Origin: Candidatus Kerfeldbacteria bacterium RIFCSPLOWO2_02_FULL_42_19
Lineage (GTDB): Bacteria; Patescibacteriota; Patescibacteriia; HO2-48-17
Reading direction: 5' to 3'
NCBI GenBank assembly: GCA_001818315.1
Contig: MHKF01000011.1
Coordinates: 44,825-108,824 of the forward strand
Length of the DNA: 64,000 nt
In this document: positions 1 through 9,565 of the stretch, in pieces
Numbering within the stretch: position 1 is the first letter of the stretch
Layout: every line of letters starts with the position of its first letter
Notes under the pieces: model-generated
What the model was told of the DNA's origin: nothing
The model's database searches: none
The model's input: the letters and a program-made list of their open reading frames with translations, nothing else
Translations under genes and position numbers: made by a program

Positions 1-959
1 AATTTCAGCTGGTTAAATATTGCATTTTCAAACTTTTTTCCGCTTCCGACATCTGCTAACGCATTCAGTATACCATTATCACAGCAGTATATTTTTTTTG
101 CTTTTACAATTTCCCGGTCGGGATTTTTCGCAATCACCGGTAACAGAGTGAAAAAATATGTTTTTTCTAAAAAATGAATGTAGGCCATTATTGTCGGTCT
201 TGATATCCCAATCAGTCTCGCTATTTTTGCATAGTCAAGCTTTGTGCCGACTCGACTGGCTAACATTTTCATGAGAGCGTAGAATACCTCCTGATCACGG
301 ATATCCAACAATGTATTGACGTCAATATTGACATAAGAACTTACAATGTCGGAAAGAATATCTGTTTTATCCTGCCTATTTCCCGTCAGTGCTACTTCGG
401 GAAAGCCGCCATATTCAATGTATTCTTCATAATATACTTTGATCCGTTCATACTCTGCTGATGAAAAAATGTTTTTTATAAAATTCCCTGATTTCCAAGA
501 TATCTGTTTGAAAGTAAGAAATTCTCCAAAATCAAGCGGATACAATTCAAAAATTTTTTTCCGACCGGCCAATGATTCAGAAAAAAGGTTTTTCAAGTAA
601 TAAGAGCTGGAGCCGGTGACTATAAATTTTACTTCATAATGATCATACAAATATTTCAAAACACTGACAGCTTGCGGTACGAATTGCAATTCGTCGAGCG
701 CTATGTACATTTTTTCTTTTTTATTCAGTCCCCTTTGTTCGAAAGCGGCGAGTATTCCTTCGTAATTCTTTTCCCGAAATAGATCACGGCTATCGAGCCG
801 TTCTAAATCTATGTAGAGTTTATTGCGACTCGGCAGATGCTCAAGCAATTGTTTCAGAAGAGTCGTCTTCCCGGTGCGGCGCATACCAACTATAACGGTC
901 ATCTGTCTTTTTTGCAGATGCTGTGCTAATTGAGAGTATATTTTTCGTTGAAAAAACAT
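1..959 (-). CDS. AAA+ ATPase, DUF4143-type (partial; continues past the window start)
   Basis: Reverse-strand ORF absent from the track because it has no in-window stop. ATG (rc) at 957-959; translation MFFQRKIYSQLAQHLQKRQMTVIVGMRRTGKTTLLKQ... has a Walker A motif (GMRRTGKTT) and the overall pattern of AAA_14+DUF4143 ATPases. Confidence 0.6.
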   Translation of the reverse strand, partial: MFFQRKIYSQLAQHLQKRQMTVIVGMRRTGKTTLLKQLLEHLPSRNKLYIDLERLDSRDLFREKNYEGILAAFEQRGLNKKEKMYIALDELQFVPQAVSVLKYLYDHYEVKFIVTGSSSYYLKNLFSESLAGRKKIFELYPLDFGEFLTFKQISWKSGNFIKNIFSSAEYERIKVYYEEYIEYGGFPEVALTGNRQDKTDILSDIVSSYVNIDVNTLLDIRDQEVFYALMKMLASRVGTKLDYAKIARLIGISRPTIMAYIHFLEKTYFFTLLPVIAKNPDREIVKAKKIYCCDNGILNALADVGSGKKFENAIFNQLK

Positions 960-1126
960 GTAATACCAAAAATACTAAATGATATTTCCATTTTACATCC
1001 AGTATTACTATTTGTCAATCTCATCTTTTGCAACAATGCCCTTGCACTTGATTCCAAATCACCTCGATGTTATTCAGTCTTCAGCGCGATTTTTATCCGG
1101 AATTCGTAGTTATTCAAAAACTATGA

Positions 1127-1153
1127 AGCCTGAAGTGTGACGTCCTTCAGGCC
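1127..1153 (-). terminator. Putative intrinsic terminator downstream of the 140-aa gene
   Basis: On the minus strand: GCCTGAAG-9 nt loop-CTTCAGGC hairpin followed by ATAGTTTTTG. Confidence 0.35.
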
Positions 1154-1168
1154 TCTCATTAATGTACT

Positions 1169-1591
1169 CTACTCCTCCTGCCTGCATTCTGCCGCGGTTT
1201 TGGCACCGTCCTCCCATCCTGCTGGCGCTGGCACACCCATAAGATACATAATCCAGAGTTGCCCTGATTCCTGCCATTGCACGATAAACAGGAGGTCGTC
1301 TTGTTCGAAAAGGAAGCCCTTCGATTCGTCCATTGCATCCAGTAATTTAAATCGCGCTCCCGGTGTTGCTTCCGCGCCAAACTGGAAAGCGAGCATCTCC
1401 TGACGATAAGGCGCAGGAATCATTTGACAAAATTCTTTCTCTGCTATTATTCCCATTCCTCGAGCGTGACACCGGCTCAGCGCTGGGACTGCTTTGGTTA
1501 CCTCTTCGATCCCTATCCACACAACATCTTGAAAAACTTTGAAGTACAATGTCTTCTCCTTTCTTGAGTCACGTTGCGGTATTATGAGCAC
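1169..1591 (-). CDS. Hypothetical protein (140 aa), locally higher GC
   Basis: Longest ORF in a roughly 50% GC patch (versus about 42% background). No recognisable motif; start codon uncertain. Confidence 0.35.
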   Translation of the reverse strand: MLIIPQRDSRKEKTLYFKVFQDVVWIGIEEVTKAVPALSRCHARGMGIIAEKEFCQMIPAPYRQEMLAFQFGAEATPGARFKLLDAMDESKGFLFEQDDLLFIVQWQESGQLWIMYLMGVPAPAGWEDGAKTAAECRQEE

Positions 1592-1820
1592 CCAAACCCA
1601 TGATAGGGGTTCTCAGACGCATGCGCATTCTCTACTTCGTATCTCCATATCTACGGAACTGAACTATGATACATACTTATACCCCCTTTTAGCAAGACCA
1701 AACACGTCAGAGCATTTCGAAATGAGCTAACCTAGAGAATTATTACAGCTTCTTACCGAACTTTGAGATACAATTTTGCGCGCCTTCTCCTTCTGAGGTA
1801 ATATACAAAGACATTCCTCT

Positions 1821-3215
1821 ATGGAAAAAATACCACAAACACAACTTACTACTCTTGGAGCCCTGCCGCCACAAAACCTCGAAGCCGAACAAGCTACTCT
1901 TGGAGCGATACTCATTGATAAAGATGCCCTTATCCGCATTGCCGGTACTCTGCAATCCGAAGATTTTTATAAAGAATCGCACCGCATTATTTTTGACGCA
2001 ATACTCGATCTTTTTAATCATCGCGATCCGATCGACGTTTTGAGTCTTACGAATCGTCTCGAAGAAAAAAAGCTTATTGACGCGATGGGCGGCCGATCAT
2101 ATCTCGTCGCTCTCGCAAGCAGCGTCCCCACCGCGAGCAATATTGAACATTACGCAAGTATTGTTCAGAGGAAAGCAACATTGCGTAGGCTCATTCTCGC
2201 TGCCCATGAAATCATCAAACATGGCCATGCAGAAAGTGAAAATGTTGATATCATTTTGGATCGTTCGGAACAGCTGCTCTTTCAGGTTTCACGAAGGCAT
2301 CTTGTGCAAAATTTTATTCCGATTAAAGGCGCCCTCACCGAAGCTTTTGAACGCATTGATGAAATTCACAAAGAAGGCGGAAAACTTCGCGGCATACCTA
2401 CTGGTTTTGCAGATCTTGATCATGTACTCGGAGGTCTGCAAAAATCTGATCTTGTGATACTTGCTGCCAGACCCTCAGTCGGTAAAACAAGTCTTGCGCT
2501 TGATATCGCCCGTAACGTTGCCGTACAATCCAAAATACCTGTGGGTATTTTCAGCTTAGAAATGTCCCAAGATCAAGTTGTCGATCGTTTTCTCTGCTCA
2601 CAAGCTGGTGTGGATCTTTGGAAAATGCGTACCGGAAAACTTTCTGACACCGAAGATGATTTTCCACGCATTGGTCGTGCGATCGGTATTCTTTCCGAGG
2701 CTCCGTTGTTTATTGATGATTCCGCAAGTTGCAATATTATGGAGATACGCACGAAGGCGCGCAGGCTTCAAATGGAGCATGGGCTCGGCCTTCTTGTGAT
2801 CGATTATCTCCAACTCATGGAAGGACGCACGGTGACGGATAATCGCGTGCAAGAAATTTCGGAAATTTCGCGATCTCTCAAAAGCTTAGCGCGTGAATTG
2901 AATATTCCGGTGTTAGCACTTTCGCAACTTTCACGCGCGGTAGAACTGTCGCACCCCCCTATTCCAAAACTTTCACATCTTCGCGATTCAGGTTCCATTG
3001 AACAGGATGCGGATGTCGTCATGTTTATTTATCGTGAGGAAATGTACAAACCGGAAACTGACCGTAAAAATATCGCAGAAATTTTAATCGCCAAACATCG
3101 CAACGGCCCTACTGGACAAATAGAACTCTATTTTGATGCCAATCACGTGCAATTTAGAAATTTCGCAAAAAATGTACCTGCTCATGAAGTGTCGGCAGCA
3201 CCGGCGTTCCAATAA
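1821..3215 (+). CDS. dnaB: Replicative DNA helicase DnaB
   Basis: N-terminal NLEAEQATLGAIL motif and a RecA-like C-terminal half with Walker A (ARPSVGKTSLAL); 464 aa, typical DnaB length. Confidence 0.93.
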   Translation: MEKIPQTQLTTLGALPPQNLEAEQATLGAILIDKDALIRIAGTLQSEDFYKESHRIIFDAILDLFNHRDPIDVLSLTNRLEEKKLIDAMGGRSYLVALASSVPTASNIEHYASIVQRKATLRRLILAAHEIIKHGHAESENVDIILDRSEQLLFQVSRRHLVQNFIPIKGALTEAFERIDEIHKEGGKLRGIPTGFADLDHVLGGLQKSDLVILAARPSVGKTSLALDIARNVAVQSKIPVGIFSLEMSQDQVVDRFLCSQAGVDLWKMRTGKLSDTEDDFPRIGRAIGILSEAPLFIDDSASCNIMEIRTKARRLQMEHGLGLLVIDYLQLMEGRTVTDNRVQEISEISRSLKSLARELNIPVLALSQLSRAVELSHPPIPKLSHLRDSGSIEQDADVVMFIYREEMYKPETDRKNIAEILIAKHRNGPTGQIELYFDANHVQFRNFAKNVPAHEVSAAPAFQ

Positions 3216-3295
3216 CCTAGAAGCAATATGTAACAGAGTCATAGGCTAGATTTGTTAATCGCATTGTATATCGAACTTCATTTTTTAACTCACAT

Positions 3296-3604
3296 ATGTT
3301 TCAAAAACTCAAACAGTTTAAAGACTTGCGTTCGCAGGCCAAGACCCTTCAAAAAAAACTTTCAGCAGAAACCGTACATCATTCTACCGCTGGCGAAAAA
3401 GTCCATGTGATTATGGACGGCAATCAACAGCTCTTATCAGTCGAAATCGATCCTTCGCTTTTATCGGCTGATCAACAGCAAAAAGTGCAAAACGCTCTGA
3501 AAGATGCTGTGAATGGCGCTATGAAAAAAGTACAATCAATCATGGCACGCAAAATGCAAAAAGGAGAAATTGAAATCCCTGATCTTAGGAGTTTGAAGAA
3601 ATAG
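3296..3604 (+). CDS. ybaB: Nucleoid-associated protein YbaB/EbfC
   Basis: 102 aa; the MFQKLKQ...GGEKVHVIMDGNQQLLSVEID pattern of the YbaB family; sits in the conserved position upstream of recR. Confidence 0.85.
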   Translation: MFQKLKQFKDLRSQAKTLQKKLSAETVHHSTAGEKVHVIMDGNQQLLSVEIDPSLLSADQQQKVQNALKDAVNGAMKKVQSIMARKMQKGEIEIPDLRSLKK

Positions 3605-3617
3605 TCTATGAAGTTAT

Positions 3618-4217
3618 ATGTATTTACCGAAAACAATTCAGAAAGCTATCGAAGCTTTTAACACACTTCCTGGTATAGGGAGTAAGACAAGCGAACGATT
3701 CGTATTTTATCTTTTACATCAATCCAAACCTCAACTTGCGGATTTTGCGAGCGCGATTGCATCGTTGAAAGATCGTGTGACGTTGTGTGAACGCTGCTTT
3801 AATTATAGTGATCAACATCCTTGTCATGTATGTTCGGATCCTAAGCGTGATCCACAACTGTTGTGTGTTGTAGCCGAAAGCGTTGATATTATCGCTTTAG
3901 AACGTTCGCACGTCTTCCGTGGTCTGTATCATGTGCTCGGTGGACTTGTTGACCCCCTGCACGGTATTGAGCCTGAACATTTACGGATTCGTGAACTTCT
4001 TTCACGCGTTATGACTGAGGGCATTCAAGAAGTCATCCTCGCAATGAATCCGACAGTCGAAGGTGAGACCTCTGCACTTTATCTTCAGAAACTCCTTAAA
4101 CAATCGCCAATCAAAATAACACGTCTCGCGAAAGGGTTGCCAACAGGAAGTAACATTGAATATGCAGATGAACTCACCCTCGCTTCTGCCTTTGAAGGCC
4201 GACGCGTTATACATTAG
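3618..4217 (+). CDS. recR: Recombination protein RecR
   Basis: HhH segment (LPGIGSKTSERFVFYLL), C4 zinc finger (CERCFNYSD...CHVC) and a Toprim region; 199 aa. Confidence 0.92.
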   Translation: MYLPKTIQKAIEAFNTLPGIGSKTSERFVFYLLHQSKPQLADFASAIASLKDRVTLCERCFNYSDQHPCHVCSDPKRDPQLLCVVAESVDIIALERSHVFRGLYHVLGGLVDPLHGIEPEHLRIRELLSRVMTEGIQEVILAMNPTVEGETSALYLQKLLKQSPIKITRLAKGLPTGSNIEYADELTLASAFEGRRVIH

Positions 4218-4311
4218 AGGTCTGTCGCCCAGATACCGTTTCTGCTTCAATCGTAGAATTTCGTGACGAAAACGTATTCGACGATAGACCCATTAGATAA
4301 CTTTTCAAATC

Positions 4312-4632
4312 CTACGCGGCGTGAATTTTTTGAATACGCACTTCGGTAAAATACTGCCGATGACCAATCTTACGGCGATACCGAACTTTTGATTTGAATT
4401 TTATCACGTCAATTTTTTTACTACGCGCTGTTTGTACGATAATTCCATCAACTTTTGCGCCTACGACAAAAGGCGTACCGAGTTTTATATCTTTACCCTG
4501 CTCATCAGAAATGAGAAGTACATTTTGAAATGTTACCTGCTCACCCTTTTCACCTTGAATTTTTTCAATGCGAAGAGTGTCTTGTTCTTTCACTTTGTAT
4601 TGTTTTCCTCCGGTTTCAATGACTGCGATCAT
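4312..4632 (-). CDS. rplU: 50S ribosomal protein L21
   Basis: MIAVIETGGKQYKV... The track ORF extends upstream to 4722, but the conserved L21 N-terminus starts at ATG (rc) 4630-4632. Confidence 0.9.
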   Translation of the reverse strand: MIAVIETGGKQYKVKEQDTLRIEKIQGEKGEQVTFQNVLLISDEQGKDIKLGTPFVVGAKVDGIIVQTARSKKIDVIKFKSKVRYRRKIGHRQYFTEVRIQKIHAA

Positions 4633-4726
4633 AAAAAAAGAAAGTTTATGTCTTGAGATTTTTTGAGCTGACAAAAGAGACAAAGTAAACTCATCATACC
4701 TGAATTCAACACCTTTCGTCAAGTTT

Positions 4727-4885
4727 TTGTTATTGAGTTTGGTGAATAATGCTTTTTCGGAAACGGCGCGTTCCCGACGTGTCGGGACGCCTGCACCTCT
4801 CAGCCCCGAGCCCTTCGGGACCGAGCCTCGGGGCTTCCGAGAGCTTCCTCAAAAGCAGTATTCACCAAACTCGTTATTCAATAAC
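4727..4885 (-). ncRNA. GC-rich nested stem-loop element between DUF192 stop and rplU start (candidate terminator plus r-protein leader, or small RNA)
   Basis: Outer 18-25 bp inverted repeat (GAGTTTGGTGAATAATGC / GCAGTATTCACCAAACTC) enclosing about 70% GC helices (GGCGCGTTCCCGAC/GTCGGGACGCC; CTCTC..CCCCGAG[CCCTTCGGG]..CTCGGGG..GAGAG) in an AT-rich genome. Confidence 0.4.
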
Positions 4886-5329
4886 TTGATACTGCAGATT
4901 CTCCCCTATTTTGAGATTATATTGCTCTAGAGCTTCGCCGGATATTTCCAGCACGGCATCCACTGGCACAGGTGATATAAATGTCGGAATCTTTTCATTT
5001 TTCGGCGGCTGGGCATTTTCCACGATGCCAACAATTCTTTTATCTTTAAGCCACACGATATCAAGCGGAACGAGCACGTCCTTCATCCAAAATGTCCGCA
5101 TTTCTTTCTCTGTAAAAATAAACAGCATGCCAGTACCAAACGGCACCTGCTCTCTTCCTTGCAATCCTTTGCGCTGCTCGTTGTTTGTGAGAGCTAATTC
5201 TACCTCAATTGTTGCACCGTTTGGTGTTCGAACTCGAGTTCTTGATAATGCATTGTCTGCATGATTACATCCCACGAAGAAACCCGTCAGAAAAAAAATG
5301 ATCACGAAATAATATTGCGTTGCGATCAT
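4874..5329 (-). CDS. DUF192-family secreted/membrane-anchored protein
   Basis: N-terminal hydrophobic anchor after M at 5329 (MIATQYYFVIIFFLTGFFVGC), then TPNGATIEVELALTNNEQRKGLQGRE...DIVWL, typical of DUF192/COG1430. Overlaps the upstream gene stop by ATGA. Confidence 0.6.
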   Translation of the reverse strand: MIATQYYFVIIFFLTGFFVGCNHADNALSRTRVRTPNGATIEVELALTNNEQRKGLQGREQVPFGTGMLFIFTEKEMRTFWMKDVLVPLDIVWLKDKRIVGIVENAQPPKNEKIPTFISPVPVDAVLEISGEALEQYNLKIGENLQYQVIE

Positions 5330-6426
5330 GTGCGTCGTTGTTTTGCTTTGATCACGAGTACACTTCCTAACAGGATCATAAGACCTACGAGGCCCGCGAA
5401 GAGCCACAGTATACCGCGAGAAGTTACAAAAAGACTCAGGAGTCCGAAAATCAAACTTATACCGTAAAGAATATGAACCGCCTGTCTGTGCGAAAGTCCA
5501 ATGTCGAGTAGTCGAAAATGAATATGCTTTTTATCCGAAGTTTTGAGAGGATGTTTTTTTTCAATGAAGAGTCGCCGCAGTATCACCCATATAAGATCAA
5601 GTAAAGGTATACCTAGGAGTAATAACGCGGTTGCGATTTTTGCACCGCTCAGTATAGCAAGTGTCCCTAACATGAATCCTGCAAAGAGACTCCCGCCCTC
5701 TCCTAAAAATATTTTTGCCGGGTGATAATTCCAGCAAAGAAACCCAAGAAAACTTCCAGTAAGAATCATACTGAGAAGAGCAGTCTCTGGCTGTCCAATT
5801 TCTGTGTTCAAACTCAGAAAAAACAGTATAAACCCGGCAATGACCGTAATCCCGGATACAAGTCCATCAAGTCCATCGAGGAGTTTTGTTGTATACGACG
5901 TTGTTAATAACCAAACGATCGTAAAAACATCCGCAAGGAGTGTGATTTTATATGGCAAATCGTTCGCTGTAAAAAGCGTGATACTCCATTGATTCAGAGC
6001 AATCGTGCCGCCGAGCGGATTGGTAATATATTCGATTCCAATGCCCCCAGCGATCACGATCAATATAGCGACAAGCGGCAAAAGTATTTGATACTGAAAT
6101 CGAATACGATAACGATCATCAATATATCCACCAATCATAATGAACAATCCGGAAAGAAAAAGTGTCGCGAGATGTTTTGGTAGAATATACCCACCAAGCA
6201 ATCGTGGGTTCACAACTGTATACCACAATGTCGCAAGATGAAATGCCGCAAAAATGCTGATCCCGCCTAATAACGGAATAGGCTGCACGTGAATCTTTCG
6301 CTTTGGTTCCATTTCCGGTCGATCGAGGATATTCTTTTTAACAGCATAATAGCGCACGATGCCTGTAATGAGTAACGATAGGCATGCACTCAAAAGTAAC
6401 GGCATTACAAAACTGAGCTTGGACAT
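5326..6426 (-). CDS. Polyprenyl-phosphate glycosyl-1-phosphate transferase (WecA/TagO/MraY family, GT4)
   Basis: About 10 predicted TM helices; IGGYIDDRY and LLDGLDGL motifs; HVQPIPLLGGISI loop; 366 aa. Confidence 0.8.
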   Translation of the reverse strand: MSKLSFVMPLLLSACLSLLITGIVRYYAVKKNILDRPEMEPKRKIHVQPIPLLGGISIFAAFHLATLWYTVVNPRLLGGYILPKHLATLFLSGLFIMIGGYIDDRYRIRFQYQILLPLVAILIVIAGGIGIEYITNPLGGTIALNQWSITLFTANDLPYKITLLADVFTIVWLLTTSYTTKLLDGLDGLVSGITVIAGFILFFLSLNTEIGQPETALLSMILTGSFLGFLCWNYHPAKIFLGEGGSLFAGFMLGTLAILSGAKIATALLLLGIPLLDLIWVILRRLFIEKKHPLKTSDKKHIHFRLLDIGLSHRQAVHILYGISLIFGLLSLFVTSRGILWLFAGLVGLMILLGSVLVIKAKQRRT

Positions 6427-6818
6427 TGTTTGTCTAAGTAATTTTGTAAAATAATTTGCGCTGCATGAGCGTCGGGACGTTTTTGTTTCTTATAGTTTTT
6501 TTTCTGATACGCTGTTGAAAGTTTTGTAGTGAGTCTCTCATCCATCGTTGCAATAGGAATTTTCACAATACTTTGCAACCATACTATAAATTTCTGAGTT
6601 GCCTGTGTTTGGGCCGTTGCTTTCCCATCGAGTCGTACAGGCAGTCCGACAATAATACTCATAATAGCTTCCTTGTGAATCACTTCTGCGATTTTTTTTT
6701 GTATTTCTTGATGGGAAGTATTTTCCCATACGTCTTTCGGCACCGCGATCCTACCTTGATCGTCGCTGATTGCGACGCCGATGTAACGTGAACCGTAATC
6801 TAAACCAAGGAACCGCAT
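6405..6818 (-). CDS. ruvX: Holliday-junction resolvase-like RuvX/YqgF
   Basis: MRFLGLDYGSRYIGVAISD... RNase H-like YqgF signature. The first in-frame conserved start is ATG (rc) 6816-6818; the track ORF extends to 6833. Confidence 0.85.
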   Translation of the reverse strand: MRFLGLDYGSRYIGVAISDDQGRIAVPKDVWENTSHQEIQKKIAEVIHKEAIMSIIVGLPVRLDGKATAQTQATQKFIVWLQSIVKIPIATMDERLTTKLSTAYQKKNYKKQKRPDAHAAQIILQNYLDKQCPSSVL

Positions 6819-6819
6819 A

Positions 6820-7587
6820 TTAGATGGAATCATGAGTTTCGCCCGCTGTCAGTATCAGCGGACCTTGTTTTGTAATGGCAATTGTATGCTCAAATTGTGC
6901 AGCAAAGCTATCATCCTTTGTAACAACCGTCCATCCGTCTTCAAGTACTTCGACTTCGTACGAACCGCATGTCAGCATTGGTTCAATCGCCAGTACCATA
7001 CCCTCTGCGAGTTTCATATCTGCATTCTGTCCCACAAAATTTGGTACCTGCGGAGACTCATGTACCGCATAACCAACCCCATGACCTACTAAATCTCGCA
7101 CGACGCCAAATCCACGCGCTTCTGCGTATTTTTGCACGCAAGCACCGATGTCGCCAATTGTGTTACCGAGTTTGGCCTTGAGTATTGCCTGTGTGAGAGC
7201 TCTCTGTGTTGTTACAAGTAACTTTTTCGCCGTTTTAGAAATTTTTCCGACGCCAAGCGTTATAGCCATATCCGTACACAAACCATCATACCACATACCA
7301 ATATCAAGTCCCACAATATCTCCGGATTTCAAAATTTTTTCTTTTGTTGGAATGCCGTGCACGACTTCTTCGTTCACAGATACACATATCGATGCAGGAA
7401 AACCTTTATATCCTTTAAAGGAGGGCGTACCACCCTGCGCATGAATTTCTTTTTCTGCTTTTTGATCAAGCTCATAGGTAGAAATTCCTGTTGCGACCGA
7501 CTGCTGCACCTGGGAAAGTATATACGCCAAGCGCTTTCCATTTTCACGGAGTAATTGAATCTGTGCTTTTGTTTTAAGACGAATCAT
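6820..7587 (-). CDS. map: Methionine aminopeptidase type I
   Basis: 255 aa; pita-bread fold motifs (GDIVGLDIGMWYDG, VGHGVG, EPML). Confidence 0.92.
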   Translation of the reverse strand: MIRLKTKAQIQLLRENGKRLAYILSQVQQSVATGISTYELDQKAEKEIHAQGGTPSFKGYKGFPASICVSVNEEVVHGIPTKEKILKSGDIVGLDIGMWYDGLCTDMAITLGVGKISKTAKKLLVTTQRALTQAILKAKLGNTIGDIGACVQKYAEARGFGVVRDLVGHGVGYAVHESPQVPNFVGQNADMKLAEGMVLAIEPMLTCGSYEVEVLEDGWTVVTKDDSFAAQFEHTIAITKQGPLILTAGETHDSI

Positions 7588-8243
7588 AACCTGGCAACCA
7601 TGTCATTGTAGACTGCTTCCACAGATTGATCTGCATTAATACGTATAAGTCTACCAAGTTTAGTATAGTAATCCATAACGGGTTGCACACGTTCCTTGTG
7701 CCATTGAAGTCGCCTGTGTATGGCTGCTGGAGTATCATCCGCTCTTTGTATCAAATTCCCTCCACAAGATTCACACTTTGCACTCCCTTCTCTTTGACGA
7801 TGAGGAATAATACTCGATTTATGACAATTCTCACAGATACGTCGATTTGCAAGTCTCCGAATACTCGCTTCTTCAGAGAGATCAAAAAAGAATACATAAG
7901 TCAGCTCCCTATCATTTGCTTTAAGAATTGCATGAAACGGCTCAAGCTCTGGGATCCGCCTTGGGGTGCCATCAAAAATAATACTTTGGTCCTTTGCAAT
8001 TTTTTGTACTGTTTCACGGAGAAGTTGCACCACTAATTCATATGGCACCATTTCTCCTTGTTTATGAATAATTTCGTCGACTTTTCTACCGAGTGACGTA
8101 TTTTCTCGTGCGATGCTTCGAAGCATTTTTCCAACTTCGAGATGGTACCATCCAAAACGTTCCGCGAGTAAATGTCCTTGCGTACCCTTACCAGAACCTT
8201 GTGGTCCTATCAGTACAATATTTCGTACTTGCGGATCACTCAT
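7584..8243 (-). CDS. adk: Adenylate kinase (Zn-lid type)
   Basis: P-loop GPQGSGKGTQ; lid with CENC...CESCGG zinc site; overlaps the map start by 4 nt. Confidence 0.93.
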   Translation of the reverse strand: MSDPQVRNIVLIGPQGSGKGTQGHLLAERFGWYHLEVGKMLRSIARENTSLGRKVDEIIHKQGEMVPYELVVQLLRETVQKIAKDQSIIFDGTPRRIPELEPFHAILKANDRELTYVFFFDLSEEASIRRLANRRICENCHKSSIIPHRQREGSAKCESCGGNLIQRADDTPAAIHRRLQWHKERVQPVMDYYTKLGRLIRINADQSVEAVYNDMVARL

Positions 8244-8279
8244 AAAAATTTTAAAGTTTATTACTCAACGAGTCTCATT

Positions 8280-9551
8280 TCAGAAACTCTCGTAATCCCT
8301 TGTGACAATTTGTGCTTCAATCTGTTTGATACTCTCTAATACTACTGATACGACGATTAACAAACTGGTGCCACCTAAACTGAGTGCGTTCAGTTGAAAC
8401 GCCGATTGTACCATGATTGGTAGAATCGCTATAAGTCCAAGAAACGCTGCGCCGGCAAGAAGAATTCTCTGTGAGACGTTTTTTAAGTACACCGCTGTTG
8501 GTTCTCCTGGGCGTATTCCTGGAATAAACGCCCCCTGTCGTTGAAGATTTTCCGCAATTTGATCTGGATGAAAAATGACCGATGTATAAAAATAGGTAAA
8601 AACAAAAACGAGTATAAAATAGAGGGTTGCATACCAAAGATTTTGATTGAAAAATGTCAGTACGTTTGTTGCAACATTCGCAAGCCATGGATATGACGAA
8701 CTGACGAAAAATTGTGCCAAAAACGTTGGAAATAACAAGAGAGAAATGGCAAATATAATAGGAATGACTCCGGCCTGATTCACACGAAGCGGTAAGAAAC
8801 TTTTAGCTCCTCCAGCAGATCTGCCTCGCATCTGTCGCGCATAGACTATAGGTATTTTTCTTTGCCCTTCGGTTATAAATACAACACCTACAATAGTGAT
8901 AAAAGCAAGAGCAATAAATGCTCCTATAGTCAGCAATTGCGATGCGTCAAAAACAGCAACTGACTGTTGCGCGATAGTTGGGAGACTTGCGATAATACCA
9001 GCGAAAATAATCAATGATACCCCGTTGCCGACTTTTTTTTCCGAAATCAACTCTCCTATCCACATCAGTAATACACTCCCGGCTGTCACCGTTGCGATGG
9101 ATATGATCCATTGCCAAGCCGAAAGCGTACCAAGAATTCCTGCGCCAGAACGTTGGAGAAGTACGATAGTGCTGTATCCTTGCAATGCCGCAAGCGGTAT
9201 AGTCGCCAATCGAGTATATTGATTGAGCTTTTGTTGCCCACTAAACCCCTCCTTTTGCAGTTCTGATAAACTCGGTACGATTGAAGCAAGTAATTGAAAA
9301 ATAATTGAAGCCGTGATGTACGGCCCAACTCCCAACAACGCTATTGAGAAATTCGACAATGCACCTCCTGAAAAGATATTCAACAGTCCTAGGAATTGAT
9401 TGGATTGAAAAAAATTTTGAAGATTGCCAATATTCACTCCGGGTATCGGGACATTCGATATGAGACGGAATATCACCAGCATACCGAACACAAACAGAAT
9501 GCGCTTACGAAGGTCCGGAATGCTCCAAATTTGTCGTAATTTTGACCACAT
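8280..9551 (-). CDS. secY: Preprotein translocase SecY
   Basis: 423 aa, 10-TM profile; conserved in position after rplO. Confidence 0.93.
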   Translation of the reverse strand: MWSKLRQIWSIPDLRKRILFVFGMLVIFRLISNVPIPGVNIGNLQNFFQSNQFLGLLNIFSGGALSNFSIALLGVGPYITASIIFQLLASIVPSLSELQKEGFSGQQKLNQYTRLATIPLAALQGYSTIVLLQRSGAGILGTLSAWQWIISIATVTAGSVLLMWIGELISEKKVGNGVSLIIFAGIIASLPTIAQQSVAVFDASQLLTIGAFIALAFITIVGVVFITEGQRKIPIVYARQMRGRSAGGAKSFLPLRVNQAGVIPIIFAISLLLFPTFLAQFFVSSSYPWLANVATNVLTFFNQNLWYATLYFILVFVFTYFYTSVIFHPDQIAENLQRQGAFIPGIRPGEPTAVYLKNVSQRILLAGAAFLGLIAILPIMVQSAFQLNALSLGGTSLLIVVSVVLESIKQIEAQIVTRDYESF

Positions 9552-9565
9552 ATAGTATTCGAACT

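Noticed and set aside
4633-4722. N-terminal extensions of track ORFs for rplU, rpsH, rplX, rplV, rplB, rpsL, fusA, gatC and the receiver protein at 45007
   Set aside because: Extensions overlap upstream genes and precede the universally conserved N-termini. Internal ATGs coincide with conserved starts and sensible gene spacing, so shorter coordinates were used.
4727-4885. SRP (4.5S) RNA identity for the GC-rich element
   Set aside because: A GGUCC-CGAA-GGG apex superficially resembles the SRP domain IV tetraloop helix, but the conserved AGGAAGCAGC-type symmetric loop motifs are not present. Position as an rplU leader/terminator is more parsimonious. Left as a generic structured-RNA candidate.
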